Assembly: GCA_017516865.1 (NCBI GenBank)
Contig: JAFXAU010000009.1
Coordinates: 151,498 to 215,497, forward strand
Source of the DNA: Bacteroidales bacterium
GTDB lineage: Bacteria > Bacteroidota > Bacteroidia > Bacteroidales > UBA1715
DNA: 64,000 nucleotides
Reading direction: 5' to 3'
Position 1 is the first letter of the stretch; each line of letters starts with the position of its first letter. Both the position numbers and the translations under genes were made by a program. Of this stretch, positions 45,238 to 54,831 are shown one piece after another. The notes under the pieces were generated by a model, which saw only the letters and a program-made list of their open reading frames with translations, made no database searches and was not told the DNA's origin.

Positions 45238-45619
45238 AAAAAAAAGCGTTAGCCGTTCGTTTGATTACTTATTAACTTAGAAGGCTCTGGTAAACCTGTG
45301 GAACTAATAAGTACGAAACAGCCCACGCTTCACGCGTGAACATTCGCAACCATATTCTCGTTCCAAAGAAAATTTACCAGATTTTACTAAGTTGAGAATA
45401 AGAGCGTAAAGCTCAAATATGTTTTAATTTTCTATTTCTGTTTCTTAAAATTTTTGTCTCGGTAAAAGTAACAAGAAAATCGTCACATAGACATTATTAG
45501 CCATAAAAAAACGATTTGGGACAAACACTTCTTTCCCATGTAGCCATTTTTGTCTTTGGCTGGTATTGGTTATCGTTTGGAATGTGGTATTAGGCGTGAA
45601 GCGATGTATTCTCCTCCTC

Positions 45620-46090
45620 TTACAAAATCTGTTCAGTATGATTTTTTGTGTCAACCTTGCCGATGGCGTCGATTATAATGCCGTTCTCATCAATAACGTA
45701 GGTGGTGCGAAGCGTGCCTTCGGTTGTTTTGCCGTACATTTTCTTTTCGCCCCATGCTTCGTATGCTTTCAAAATAGTGAGGTCGGTATCGGCAACAAGA
45801 TGGAACGGTAGGTCGTATTTTGCTATAAAACGCTTATGCGAGGCACTACTGTCGCGGCTTACGCCAAGCACCTCGTAACCCAATGAAAGAAAACGGTGGT
45901 AGTTGTCGCGCAAATCACACGCTTCGGCGGTACAGCCAGGAGTGCTGTCCTTGGGATAAAAATACAACACCAACTTTTTACCAGCAAAATCGCTGAGTTT
46001 CACCAAGTTCCCATTCTCATCGTTGCCCTCGAAATACGGAGCTTTTGTTCCTTTTGTCAACATACGTTTTGATTTATTATATTCTAACAT
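45620..46090 (-). CDS. bcp: Thioredoxin-dependent peroxiredoxin Bcp
   Basis: The active-site context FYPKDSTPGCTAEAC and the 156-aa length fit Bcp. Confidence 0.9.
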   Translation of the reverse strand: MLEYNKSKRMLTKGTKAPYFEGNDENGNLVKLSDFAGKKLVLYFYPKDSTPGCTAEACDLRDNYHRFLSLGYEVLGVSRDSSASHKRFIAKYDLPFHLVADTDLTILKAYEAWGEKKMYGKTTEGTLRTTYVIDENGIIIDAIGKVDTKNHTEQIL

Positions 46091-46176
46091 TGAACCACAT
46101 TACAAGAATACAAACTTTTTGTTGGTTACGGAACGTTGTCTTTAAAAAAAATAGATACCTATACTGAAATCTTACG

Positions 46177-46204
46177 TTTTTATACGAAAAACTCGTAAAT
46201 TATT
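46177..46204 (-). promoter_or_regulatory. 28-nt conserved element, copy 2 (between divergent bcp and pyrG)
   Basis: tttttatacgaaaaactcgtaaattatt matches 41250-41277 at 27 of 28 positions. Confidence 0.5.
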
Positions 46205-46320
46205 ACATTCGCAAACTTTTTTCTTTTAATTGCTTTTAAATTGAAAGAAAAATTTGTTGTTTTGCATACAGAAAGCAAGTAAGATTGCATACTGATGTTT
46301 AATATTTAATTGTATACGTC

Positions 46321-47919
46321 GTGGCTCATACAAAATATATATTCGTAACTGGTGGCGTTGTGTCGGGTTTAGGAAAAGGAATTATTTCGTCGTCAATCGG
46401 TAAACTGTTGCAGGCTCGTGGCTATAAAGTCACAATCCAAAAACTCGACCCGTATCTGAATATTGACCCAGGAACGCTCAATCCGTACGAACACGGAGAA
46501 TGTTACGTGACAATTGACGGAGCCGAGACTGACTTGGATTTGGGACATTACGAGCGCTTTCTTGACCACGAAACTACGCAGGCCAACAACATAACTACAG
46601 GAAGAATTTATCGTAATGTAATTGAAAAAGAGCGTCGCGGCGATTTCCTTGGAAAAACAGTGCAGATTATTCCGCACATTACCGACGAAATCAAACAAGA
46701 CATTCAAATCATCGGTCATAAAGGCTACGATTTTGTGATTACCGAAATTGGCGGAACGGTGGGCGACATTGAATCCCTACCATTTATCGAAGCAATTCGA
46801 CAAATGAAATGGGAGATGGAACACGAATGTCTGTTCGTGCATCTTACGCTTGTACCGTTTTTGGAAGCAAGTCAGGAATTGAAGACAAAACCGACGCAAC
46901 ACTCTGTAAAGCAATTGCAACAAGCTGGTGTTCAGCCTGATATACTCGTACTTCGTACTGAGCATGAACTTTCGGCCGACCTTCGCAAAAAAGTCGGTCA
47001 ATTCTGCAATGTTGATTTAGATTCGGTGGTACAGTCGATTGACCAAAAAACTATTTATCAGGTGCCAATTGCAATGGCGGAACAAAATCTTGACGAAACT
47101 ATTCTGAGAAAATTTGGAATGGAAGTGGGCGAGAAGCCACCGATGGTTCCGTGGCGTACGTTCTTGCAGAAGCTCTACAATCCCAAACACGAGGTGCAGA
47201 TTGCCCTTGTGGGAAAATATGTGGAATTGCCCGACGCATACAAGTCGATTTTGGAATCATTTATCCACGCTGGTGCGGTACACGAGTGCAAAGTCCACGT
47301 TAAATTACTTCAGTCAGAACAACTTACGGCAAAAAATGTAGCCCAGGAATTGGCTGGTTGTTCGGGAATATTGGTTGCTCCGGGATTCGGCAATCGAGGC
47401 ATTGAAGGGAAATTCGAGGCTATCCGTTTTGCACGGGAAAATGATATTCCGTTTTTGGGAATCTGCTTGGGAATGCAGTGCGCCGTGATAGAATTCGCCC
47501 GCAACGTGCTTGGTTACCACGATGCTCATTCCACCGAAATGAACCCCGACACGTCGCATCCTGTGATTGACATAATGGAAAGCCAGAAAAACATTACACA
47601 GATGGGCGGAACTATGCGGCTCGGCGGTTATCCTTGCACGCTGAAGAAAGATTCTCGTGCTTACAAAATTTACGGAGAGGAACATATTGTTGAACGTCAT
47701 CGTCACCGTTATGAGTTCAATAACAATTATTTACACGAATTTGAACAAGCAGGAATGATTGCAACAGGCTTCAATCCCGAAACTTCGTTGGTGGAAATTG
47801 TGGAAATCCCGTCGCATCGCTGGTTTGTTGCCGCTCAATTCCATCCAGAATATCAAAGCAGGGTGATAAAACCACATCCGCTATTTGTGGATTTTGTGAA
47901 AGCAGCAATGGAGAAATAG
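46321..47919 (+). CDS. pyrG: CTP synthase
   Basis: GTG start. YIFVTGGVVSGLGKG, the GATase motif GICLGMQ, and FHPE are present. Confidence 0.95.
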   Translation: MAHTKYIFVTGGVVSGLGKGIISSSIGKLLQARGYKVTIQKLDPYLNIDPGTLNPYEHGECYVTIDGAETDLDLGHYERFLDHETTQANNITTGRIYRNVIEKERRGDFLGKTVQIIPHITDEIKQDIQIIGHKGYDFVITEIGGTVGDIESLPFIEAIRQMKWEMEHECLFVHLTLVPFLEASQELKTKPTQHSVKQLQQAGVQPDILVLRTEHELSADLRKKVGQFCNVDLDSVVQSIDQKTIYQVPIAMAEQNLDETILRKFGMEVGEKPPMVPWRTFLQKLYNPKHEVQIALVGKYVELPDAYKSILESFIHAGAVHECKVHVKLLQSEQLTAKNVAQELAGCSGILVAPGFGNRGIEGKFEAIRFARENDIPFLGICLGMQCAVIEFARNVLGYHDAHSTEMNPDTSHPVIDIMESQKNITQMGGTMRLGGYPCTLKKDSRAYKIYGEEHIVERHRHRYEFNNNYLHEFEQAGMIATGFNPETSLVEIVEIPSHRWFVAAQFHPEYQSRVIKPHPLFVDFVKAAMEK

Positions 47920-48081
47920 GGGAGAGGCCGATTGTTTATTGTCCTTGGAAATGTCTCCGAATTAAGCGAATAAAGCATCTGTTTGTAGATGTGTTTTTTC
48001 ATTCGGAAAAACTTTCTTTATAAAATATTATTCTTAAATTTGCCCGAATTTTTTTTGAAAGGAACGATTAGTAAAATAGAT

Positions 48082-48327
48082 ATGGGAGAAGCGGTATTCT
48101 TAATGATTGTGGGCATGGTGACGGTGTTTGTCGTCCTGCTTTTAGTGGTTGGAATTGGTAATGTAATCATTCGTTTTGTGAATAGATTTTTGCCAGAGGA
48201 AGTTGCGGCAAAACCAGCTACTTCGGCAGCGCCGGCAATCAATCCAAATGTGTATTCGGCAATTTGCTCCGCTGTTTCTACGGTTACGGGCGGCAAAGGC
48301 ACCGTTGTCGATGTTAAGAAATTGTAA
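48082..48327 (+). CDS. oadG: Oxaloacetate decarboxylase gamma subunit-like (OadG family)
   Basis: The start is moved to MGEAVFLMIVGMVTVFVVLLLV (single TM helix). A TAAATTTG box at 48035-48042 precedes it. Confidence 0.6.
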   Translation: MGEAVFLMIVGMVTVFVVLLLVVGIGNVIIRFVNRFLPEEVAAKPATSAAPAINPNVYSAICSAVSTVTGGKGTVVDVKKL

Positions 48328-48362
48328 TTGAAATAATAACATATAAATAATAGTAAGATACA

Positions 48363-50204
48363 ATGGGTAGAGAAATTAAATTTTCTTTGGTTTACAGAGA
48401 TATGTGGCAAAGTTCTGGAAAGTACCAGCCACGTGTTGACCAATTAGTTCGTATAGCTCCTGAAATCATCAATATGGGATGTTTCGCCCGTGTTGAGACA
48501 AACGGTGGCGGCTTTGAGCAGGTGAATTTGTTGTATGGTGAAAATCCTAATAAATCTGTTCGTGCGTGGACAAAACCATTCCACGAAGCAGGCATTCAAA
48601 CTCACATGCTCGACCGTGCGTTGAACGGCTTGAGAATGAGCCCGGTTCCTGTAGATGTGCGTAAGTTGTTCTACAAGGTGAAAAAAGCTCAAGGAGTTGA
48701 TATTACTCGTTGTTTCTGCGGTTTGAACGATACTCGCAATATTATTGATTCAATAAAATATGCGAAAGAAGCTGGCATGATTGCTCAGGCAACTATGTGT
48801 TTGACGGTTTCTAAAGTTCACACTGTTGAATATTACTGCAACTTGGCTGACGAACTTGTTGCCGGCGGTGCAGACGAAATCTGTATGAAGGATATGGCTG
48901 GTATCGGCCGTCCTGTTTCTTTGGGTAAGATTGTTTCGTATATCAAATCAAAATATCCAAACATTACAATTCAGTATCACGGTCAAACAGGCCCTGGTTT
49001 TACGCCTGCTTCTATCTTGGAAGTGGCAAAAGCTGGTTGCGACATCATCGACGTTGGTATGGAACCACTTTCGTGGGGTACAGGTCACGCCGATGTGATT
49101 ATGGTTCGCGAAATGTTGAAAGACGCCGGTTTTGACGTTCCTGAAATCAATATGGCTGCTTATATGCGTGCCCGCACGTTGACTCAAGAATTTATGGATG
49201 ATTTCTTGGGTTACTACATTCCTGAATCTAACCGTCGTTTGACTTCGTTGTTGATTGGTTGTGGTCTTCCGGGCGGAATGATGGGTAGTTTGATGAATGA
49301 TTTGACAACAAACTTGGAAAGCATCAACAAATCGCGTGCAAAACAAGGGAAAACAGCATATACGACTGACGATTTGATGGTGAAGATGTTCGACGAAGTT
49401 GCATACGTTTGGCCTCGTGTAGGTTTCCCTCCACTTGTGACTCCATTCTCGCAATATGTTAAGAATCTTGCCCTTTTCAACCTTATGCAGCTTGAAAAAG
49501 GTAAAGAACGTTGGACAATGATTGCCGACAACATTTGGGATATGATTCTTGGCAAATCTGGTAAATTGCCAGGCGAAGTTGCTCCTGAATTGAAGGAATT
49601 GGCTGCAAAACAAGGCCGTGAATTCTTTACTGGAAATCCACAAGATTTGTATCCTGACAAACTTGACGAGTTCCGCAAGGAAATGGACGCAAACGGTTGG
49701 GAATATGGTCAGGACGACGAAGAATTGTTCGAATTGGCTATGCACCCGGAACAATATCGTGCTTACAAGTCGGGCAAGGCAAAAGCTGACTTTGAAGCTG
49801 ACTTGGCTGCTAAGAAAGCTGCAAAGGCAAATGTTGGTTCGTTGAAACCTCAATCGTTGACGGTTGACGTAAATGGTGAAAAATACGCTGTTACAGTAAG
49901 CTACGACGCTCCAAAAGCTGACGCTCCGAAAGCTGCTGCCGCAGCTGCTCCGTCGGCTCCTGTTTCTGGAAACGCAACCGATGTGATTGCACCAATTTCA
50001 GGTAAATTCTTCAAAACTAAAGATTCTTCTTCCAAAGCAGTTGCCATAGGCGATATGGTTAAGGAAGGTGACATTGTTGGTTACATTGAGGCAATGAAAG
50101 TATTCAACGCCGTTGCAGCTCCTGCATCGGGTAAGGTTGTTGAAATCTGCCGCAACTCGGGCGACGATGTTGATGAAGATGATGTTTTGATGAAAATTCA
50201 GTAA
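48363..50204 (+). CDS. oadA: Oxaloacetate decarboxylase alpha subunit (carboxyltransferase plus biotinyl domain)
   Basis: A TIM-barrel carboxyltransferase region is followed by an Ala/Pro linker and a C-terminal biotinyl motif, IEAMKVFNAV. Confidence 0.8.
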   Translation: MGREIKFSLVYRDMWQSSGKYQPRVDQLVRIAPEIINMGCFARVETNGGGFEQVNLLYGENPNKSVRAWTKPFHEAGIQTHMLDRALNGLRMSPVPVDVRKLFYKVKKAQGVDITRCFCGLNDTRNIIDSIKYAKEAGMIAQATMCLTVSKVHTVEYYCNLADELVAGGADEICMKDMAGIGRPVSLGKIVSYIKSKYPNITIQYHGQTGPGFTPASILEVAKAGCDIIDVGMEPLSWGTGHADVIMVREMLKDAGFDVPEINMAAYMRARTLTQEFMDDFLGYYIPESNRRLTSLLIGCGLPGGMMGSLMNDLTTNLESINKSRAKQGKTAYTTDDLMVKMFDEVAYVWPRVGFPPLVTPFSQYVKNLALFNLMQLEKGKERWTMIADNIWDMILGKSGKLPGEVAPELKELAAKQGREFFTGNPQDLYPDKLDEFRKEMDANGWEYGQDDEELFELAMHPEQYRAYKSGKAKADFEADLAAKKAAKANVGSLKPQSLTVDVNGEKYAVTVSYDAPKADAPKAAAAAAPSAPVSGNATDVIAPISGKFFKTKDSSSKAVAIGDMVKEGDIVGYIEAMKVFNAVAAPASGKVVEICRNSGDDVDEDDVLMKIQ

Positions 50205-50260
50205 TTTACAATAGACAGCAGGGTTTTCCTGCTGCCTAATTTTTAATAAAGTATAGAAAA

Positions 50261-51496
50261 ATGTTCGACGGATTATTCGAAAAATTATATGAGATGACGG
50301 CAATCGGGGCGTTTGTTGACAATCCGGGCTATCTGCTTATGCTGCTCATCTCGTTTGTTTTGCTGTATCTTGGTATAGTAAAGAAATATGAACCGCTTTT
50401 GTTGATTCCAATTGGTTTCGGCGTATTGCTGGCAAACCTTCCGGGTGCGGATTTGGGGATTGTGGCAGGTGAGAAAATTGAGTTGGGGGTTGACGAAAAT
50501 GGTCGTATGATGTATATGAACTTGTTCGAGATTGCCCACGAATACGGTATTTTGAACTTCTTGTACTACGCGTTGATAAAGACAGGGTTGCTTCCACCGC
50601 TTATTTTCTTGGGCGTTGGCGCAATGACCGACTTTGGTCCGATGCTTCGTAACTTGAAATTGGCGTTGTTCGGTGGTGCCGCTCAGTTCGGTATCTTCGC
50701 AGTGCTTTTGATTGCAATGGCTTCGGGTGCGTTCACAATTAAGGAAGCTGCTTCGTTGGCTATCATCGGTGGTGCCGACGGACCTACAGCCATCTTCACT
50801 ACAATCAAGTTGGCTCCGCATTTGCTTGGCCCTATCGCTATTGCGGCTTATTCGTATATGGCATTGGTTCCGGTAATCATTCCTTTGGTTGTGAAGTTGA
50901 CTTGTTCCGAAAAGGAATTGAAAATCAATATGAAACAACAAGATAAGTTGTATCCGCCAAAATACACAATCAAGAATTTGCGTGCGGTGAAAATTATCTT
51001 CCCGATAGTGTTGGGTACAGTTGTGATTATTCTGGTACCTTCGGCTGGTCCACTTTTGGGAATGTTGCTTTTGGGTAACTTGTTGAAGGAAATCGGTTCC
51101 GATACACAACGTTTGACGACTGCCGCAACGGATTACATTATGAATCCTGCGACAATCATTTTGGGCTTGTGCGTTGGTGCAACAATGACAGCCGACGTGT
51201 TCTTGAACTTGAAGACTATCGGTATCGTTGTAGGTGGTTTCTTCGCATTCGCATTGTCAATTGCAAGTGGTGTGTTGTTGGTTAAGTTGTTCAACTTGTT
51301 CGCGAAGAAGAAAATCAATCCTCTTTGCGGTGCAACAGGCTTGAGCGCTGTGCCAATGGCTTCGCGTGTGGCAAACGATATTTCTACGAAATACGACCCA
51401 CAAAACCACGTGCTTCAATACTGTATGTCGAGCAACGTGTCGGGTGTGATTGGCTCCGCAGTCGCAGCAGGTGTGCTGATAAAGTTCTTGATGTAA
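50261..51496 (+). CDS. oadB: Sodium ion-translocating decarboxylase beta subunit
   Basis: 411 aa and polytopic, with typical OadB blocks (GADGPTAIF, GLSAVPMASRV). Confidence 0.85.
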   Translation: MFDGLFEKLYEMTAIGAFVDNPGYLLMLLISFVLLYLGIVKKYEPLLLIPIGFGVLLANLPGADLGIVAGEKIELGVDENGRMMYMNLFEIAHEYGILNFLYYALIKTGLLPPLIFLGVGAMTDFGPMLRNLKLALFGGAAQFGIFAVLLIAMASGAFTIKEAASLAIIGGADGPTAIFTTIKLAPHLLGPIAIAAYSYMALVPVIIPLVVKLTCSEKELKINMKQQDKLYPPKYTIKNLRAVKIIFPIVLGTVVIILVPSAGPLLGMLLLGNLLKEIGSDTQRLTTAATDYIMNPATIILGLCVGATMTADVFLNLKTIGIVVGGFFAFALSIASGVLLVKLFNLFAKKKINPLCGATGLSAVPMASRVANDISTKYDPQNHVLQYCMSSNVSGVIGSAVAAGVLIKFLM

Positions 51497-51517
51497 TTTT
51501 TTTACGTCACAAGATAG

Positions 51518-51555
51518 AAATCCGTTCCAAAGAATTTGGAACGGATTTTCTTTTA
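51518..51555 (+). terminator. Rho-independent terminator after oadB
   Basis: aaatccgttccaaa-gaa-tttggaacggattt is a perfect 14-bp stem, followed by TCTTTT. Confidence 0.75.
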
Positions 51556-51627
51556 ATAAAAACTGATAATCCATAATTTAAACCCTATAATCCATAACTA
51601 ATAACCAATAAATCATAACTTTCCCTC

Positions 51628-52602
51628 GTGTCTGCTCGTTATAAAAAAATATTGATTTGGATTTTGAAGCTCCTCATTTTTGTGGTAGCATGGGGATACG
51701 TTGTCTATAAGTTTGAGACAATGGACGGAGATGTTTCGGTAATTTTTTCCGATAGACATTTTTCATTTCCTATTTTTGTTATTGTTTGTCTATTGATGTT
51801 TGCCAACTGGGGATTGGAATCACTCAAGTGGCAGAAATTGATTTGCTGCACACTTCCGATTTCGTATAAAAAGGCAGTTTCGGGTGTATTGGTGGGATTG
51901 CCGTTAGCATTAATCACACCTAACAGAATCGGTGAAATTGGCGGTCGTGCCATTGTGCTTGAAAGAAATCGTAAGGATGCGGTTTTTGCGACATTTCTCG
52001 GCAGCCTTATGCAGTTGTCGACCACGTTGATTATGGGACTTGTAGGAATACTGCTGTATTTGTTGTTTCTTCCTCATAATCAGCAAATTGAAGAATTGGT
52101 GTGGATTTCTGTCGGGTGTGTATTGTTTCTGCTTGGATTTGTATTTTGGTGCCGTGACAAAAGATTTTTGAAAGTTTTTTTGCTTCGAATGCTTGGAAAG
52201 AAATTCTTCATGTCGTTGTTGCGACTTGTTCGTATGTATTCGGGGAAAGATATGTGGAGAACGCTGTTCATCAGTATCTTGAGATATGTAGTTTTTTCTA
52301 CTCAGTTTGCATTGCTCATAAAAATGTTAATACCTGAACTATCGTTACTTGAAGTTTTTGTTGGAATTTCGTTGATGTATTTGTTCACGACGCTGATTCC
52401 TACGTCGGTACTGGGCGAAGTCGGCATACGAGGTTCTGTCGCAATTGCCATATTTCAGTTCTACACGGCTGAGGTTTCCATTATTTTTCAAATCAGCATA
52501 GTGATATGGTTCATTAACATTGTGGTACCGACATTGGCAGGCTCTCTTGTTTTGTTGAGCATTCGCCGAAAACGGTCGGAACAAAAAAAGGCGTCGTACT
52601 GA
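51628..52602 (+). CDS. Polytopic membrane protein, lysyl-PG-synthase-TM/UPF0104-like
   Basis: About eight TM segments with a conserved-looking RIGEIGGR loop. The GTG start is as listed in the ORF track. Confidence 0.45.
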   Translation: MSARYKKILIWILKLLIFVVAWGYVVYKFETMDGDVSVIFSDRHFSFPIFVIVCLLMFANWGLESLKWQKLICCTLPISYKKAVSGVLVGLPLALITPNRIGEIGGRAIVLERNRKDAVFATFLGSLMQLSTTLIMGLVGILLYLLFLPHNQQIEELVWISVGCVLFLLGFVFWCRDKRFLKVFLLRMLGKKFFMSLLRLVRMYSGKDMWRTLFISILRYVVFSTQFALLIKMLIPELSLLEVFVGISLMYLFTTLIPTSVLGEVGIRGSVAIAIFQFYTAEVSIIFQISIVIWFINIVVPTLAGSLVLLSIRRKRSEQKKASY

Positions 52603-52608
52603 CGCCTT
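52582..52608 (-). terminator. Hairpin with T-run on minus strand (bidirectional position between convergent ORFs)
   Basis: aaggcgtc-gtact-gacgcctt is preceded on the plus strand by seven A. It encloses the stop codons of both convergent ORFs. Confidence 0.5.
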
Positions 52609-52768
52609 AGTTCAACCAAATTGTAATGGTTTCGTTTTGTTTTGTCTTAACGCAGGTAAATGCTCTGCAATAATCTTGGAGAAACTTTATTTGTCGAGAG
52701 CAATCTGCGTTGAATTGTTTTGTTACTTGTTGTAATTCTTGAATAGTAGAAGTTTTACCCATAGGCAT
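52607..52768 (-). CDS. Small ORF (53 aa), hypothetical
   Basis: It is below the ORF-track cutoff. My translation is MPMGKTSTIQELQQVTKQFNADCSRQIKFLQDYCRAFTCVKTKQNETITIWLN. It ends inside a good terminator hairpin. Confidence 0.3.
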   Translation of the reverse strand: MPMGKTSTIQELQQVTKQFNADCSRQIKFLQDYCRAFTCVKTKQNETITIWLN

Positions 52769-52883
52769 CCGTTTTAATTTTTGTAATAAAACGTGGCAAG
52801 AAATTTTTTAGTATGCTAAAAGAATAAATTTTTGTGTTAGGCGATGACTCGTTTATTTTTCCTAAATTTGTTAAAAATATTCC

Positions 52884-53489
52884 GTGGGTTGCGTTAGAAA
52901 AATATTACTTTTTGTTTCTGTACTGATAATTGCGGTGATGCAGGCGGAGGCCATCGATAATCCCAATTTTACGAAAGAGAAAACATTCACTTTGCAGACA
53001 ACCAAGAGTTTACAGGAATTTGCTAAGGTTTTTCATTCTATTTCCACGCTCAAAGGCATTCAATATTATTCTCATTCCAACGAAAAATGGACGACACTCT
53101 ATCACGGAGCGGGATTTATAGAAAATGCCAAGAGTCGAAAGTATCTTCCCGATACATACTACACAGGTGCGAATAAGGCGTATTTCTGTCTGTTAGACGA
53201 CAATTCCCTCGGTGACTGTGTTTTCAAGGTTTCTTATATAGAAACGAGCAATGAGATTCGGATGGATTTACTTCTTGTGGAACCTATTAAAATTTGGGGA
53301 ATCACAGGAGTTTATCCCAATAATTTAGCCATTAAGCTAAAGGTGACGAAGACAACTTCAGAAACGCTTCAGGCATCCATTTCAATCAATGCAAAATACC
53401 AAACTGTTTCGTTTCTCGAAACTCATCTTACCGAATCCTTCAACGCCCGCATGGACGCTTTGTATAAATGGATTATGGGACAATTATAG
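52884..53489 (+). CDS. Hypothetical secreted protein
   Basis: GTG start with signal-like ILLFVSVLIIAVMQAEA. A TAAATTTG box at 52863-52870 precedes it. Confidence 0.45.
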   Translation: MGCVRKILLFVSVLIIAVMQAEAIDNPNFTKEKTFTLQTTKSLQEFAKVFHSISTLKGIQYYSHSNEKWTTLYHGAGFIENAKSRKYLPDTYYTGANKAYFCLLDDNSLGDCVFKVSYIETSNEIRMDLLLVEPIKIWGITGVYPNNLAIKLKVTKTTSETLQASISINAKYQTVSFLETHLTESFNARMDALYKWIMGQL

Positions 53490-53534
53490 TTCTTTCCCAA
53501 TTCATTTATATTGTTTCAATATATTAAAATTTCC

Positions 53535-54047
53535 TTATTTAACCCCCGTAAATGAATCAGTTGTAATGATTTGTGTATTGTGAGTCGTTGTATTTACCGT
53601 TTTGTAGCTATATTGAAGAATATATTTCCCCTCTGGAGTTTTAAGAACGGCACATGAATACGGAATATTTTCTGAGATGTTTTCTCCTTCTTTTGTCGTT
53701 GAGGTTCCATCTTCAGGATCTTCCGTTATTTCTGATTTTATGGTACCGCAGTATGCATCTTGTCCGTCAATTTTCACTACTTCCATGTTTTCGGTATAAA
53801 ACAGAATGTCGTTGCTTGTAGATGGCATGACAACAATAGATTTTTTGTTGCTTTCGTTTTTCTTTACACGCATGGTACAAGGATTGTCATTATCTTGAGT
53901 AGAATTTATAGTAGTTACCGACATACTACGTGTACCTTCGTAATTGCCGACGTAATTGTCGCGTACATCGTCATCGTCGCTGCCGCAACCACACATCAAA
54001 CCGAAAGAGAAAAGTAAAGAGCTTGTTAAAAACAATAATTTTTTCAT
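53535..54047 (-). CDS. Hypothetical lipoprotein
   Basis: Lipobox region LLFSFGLMCGCGSDDDD. Confidence 0.5.
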   Translation of the reverse strand: MKKLLFLTSSLLFSFGLMCGCGSDDDDVRDNYVGNYEGTRSMSVTTINSTQDNDNPCTMRVKKNESNKKSIVVMPSTSNDILFYTENMEVVKIDGQDAYCGTIKSEITEDPEDGTSTTKEGENISENIPYSCAVLKTPEGKYILQYSYKTVNTTTHNTQIITTDSFTGVK

Positions 54048-54128
54048 ATCTTCTAAATTTAAAGGTTTAATAATGTGTAAAGGTACTACAAATTTTCAAA
54101 AAAAAGTACGTCCCTGAACTTTTTTTGC

Positions 54129-54629
54129 CTACTTCCGTACTACTTCGCCTTTGTCTTCGCATTCGTCAAGCAACTGACGGTTGGTTTTGAGAAGAATCGG
54201 ATGAACATATTCGGGAATAATTTCGCACAATGGTTCCAGTGCGAACCGACGCTTGTGCAGAAGCGGATGCGGAATCGTAAGTTGTTCACTATCAATAATG
54301 TCGTTGTTGAAGTAGAGTAAATCAATGTCTATCACCCGCGACTCGTAGCCTATGCCTTCGTGTCGTTCCCGTCCGCATTTTTTCTCTATCGCCTGACAGC
54401 GCAACAGCGTATCGACCGCCGAAAATTCCGTTTCCACAACCAAAAGTTGATTTATAAAATCGCCTTGCGCCTCGAATCCCCACGGCTTGCTGGAATAAAT
54501 TGCCGACTCGCGAATGCAGTCGCCTACGTTTTCGATGAGATGTTTTTTCACTGTGGCAAACATTGCTTCTTTGTCTCCGATGTTTGCTCCGAGTAAAATG
54601 ACAGCAAAGTTTTTTTGTTGCATAATCAA
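54129..54629 (-). CDS. folK: 2-amino-4-hydroxy-6-hydroxymethyldihydropteridine diphosphokinase (HPPK)
   Basis: ILLGANIGD, SAIYSSKPWGF, RVIDIDLL and LTIPHPLLHKRRFALEPL are present. Confidence 0.9.
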   Translation of the reverse strand: MIMQQKNFAVILLGANIGDKEAMFATVKKHLIENVGDCIRESAIYSSKPWGFEAQGDFINQLLVVETEFSAVDTLLRCQAIEKKCGRERHEGIGYESRVIDIDLLYFNNDIIDSEQLTIPHPLLHKRRFALEPLCEIIPEYVHPILLKTNRQLLDECEDKGEVVRK

Positions 54630-54734
54630 TGTCGTTTATTTATTGTAACAAAGGTAATTTTTTGCTCAATACGAGAGATTGTTTTTATGGAAAAACTGTA
54701 ATTTTCTTTGTTCGTCCATTTTCTTGTTTCCCCA

Positions 54735-54778
54735 ATCTATACAAATGCAAAAACTTGTATATTTGCATTTGTATAGAT
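54735..54778. promoter_or_regulatory. Perfect 17-bp inverted repeat with 10-nt spacer overlapping a -7 box, in the folK/iorB divergent region
   Basis: atctatacaaatgcaaa (54735-54751) and tttgcatttgtatagat (54762-54778) are the two arms. TATATTTG at 54758-54765 spans the spacer/arm junction. The repeat lies 54 nt upstream of the iorB ATG. Confidence 0.55.
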
Positions 54779-54831
54779 ATGAACAATCGTGTCTCTACAA
54801 GAAATAGAAACGAATTTGTAATTTTAAATAT

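Noticed and set aside
45238-45619. 380-bp gene-free stretch. I tested it by eye for SRP RNA, 6S or tRNA features, using ggtaaacctgtggaactaataagtacgaaacagcc and its complement.
   Set aside because: There is no GNAR-capped helix-8 motif, no tRNA T-arm (GTTCGAATC-like) and no convincing long helices. It most likely holds only the promoter region of the HTH gene. An Rfam scan would settle it.
50212-50240. Hairpin cagcagg-gtttt-cctgctg between oadA and oadB, considered as a terminator.
   Set aside because: It lies inside an obvious oadG-oadA-oadB operon, and the T-run is separated from the stem. At most it is an intra-operon stabiliser, so I did not list it as a feature.
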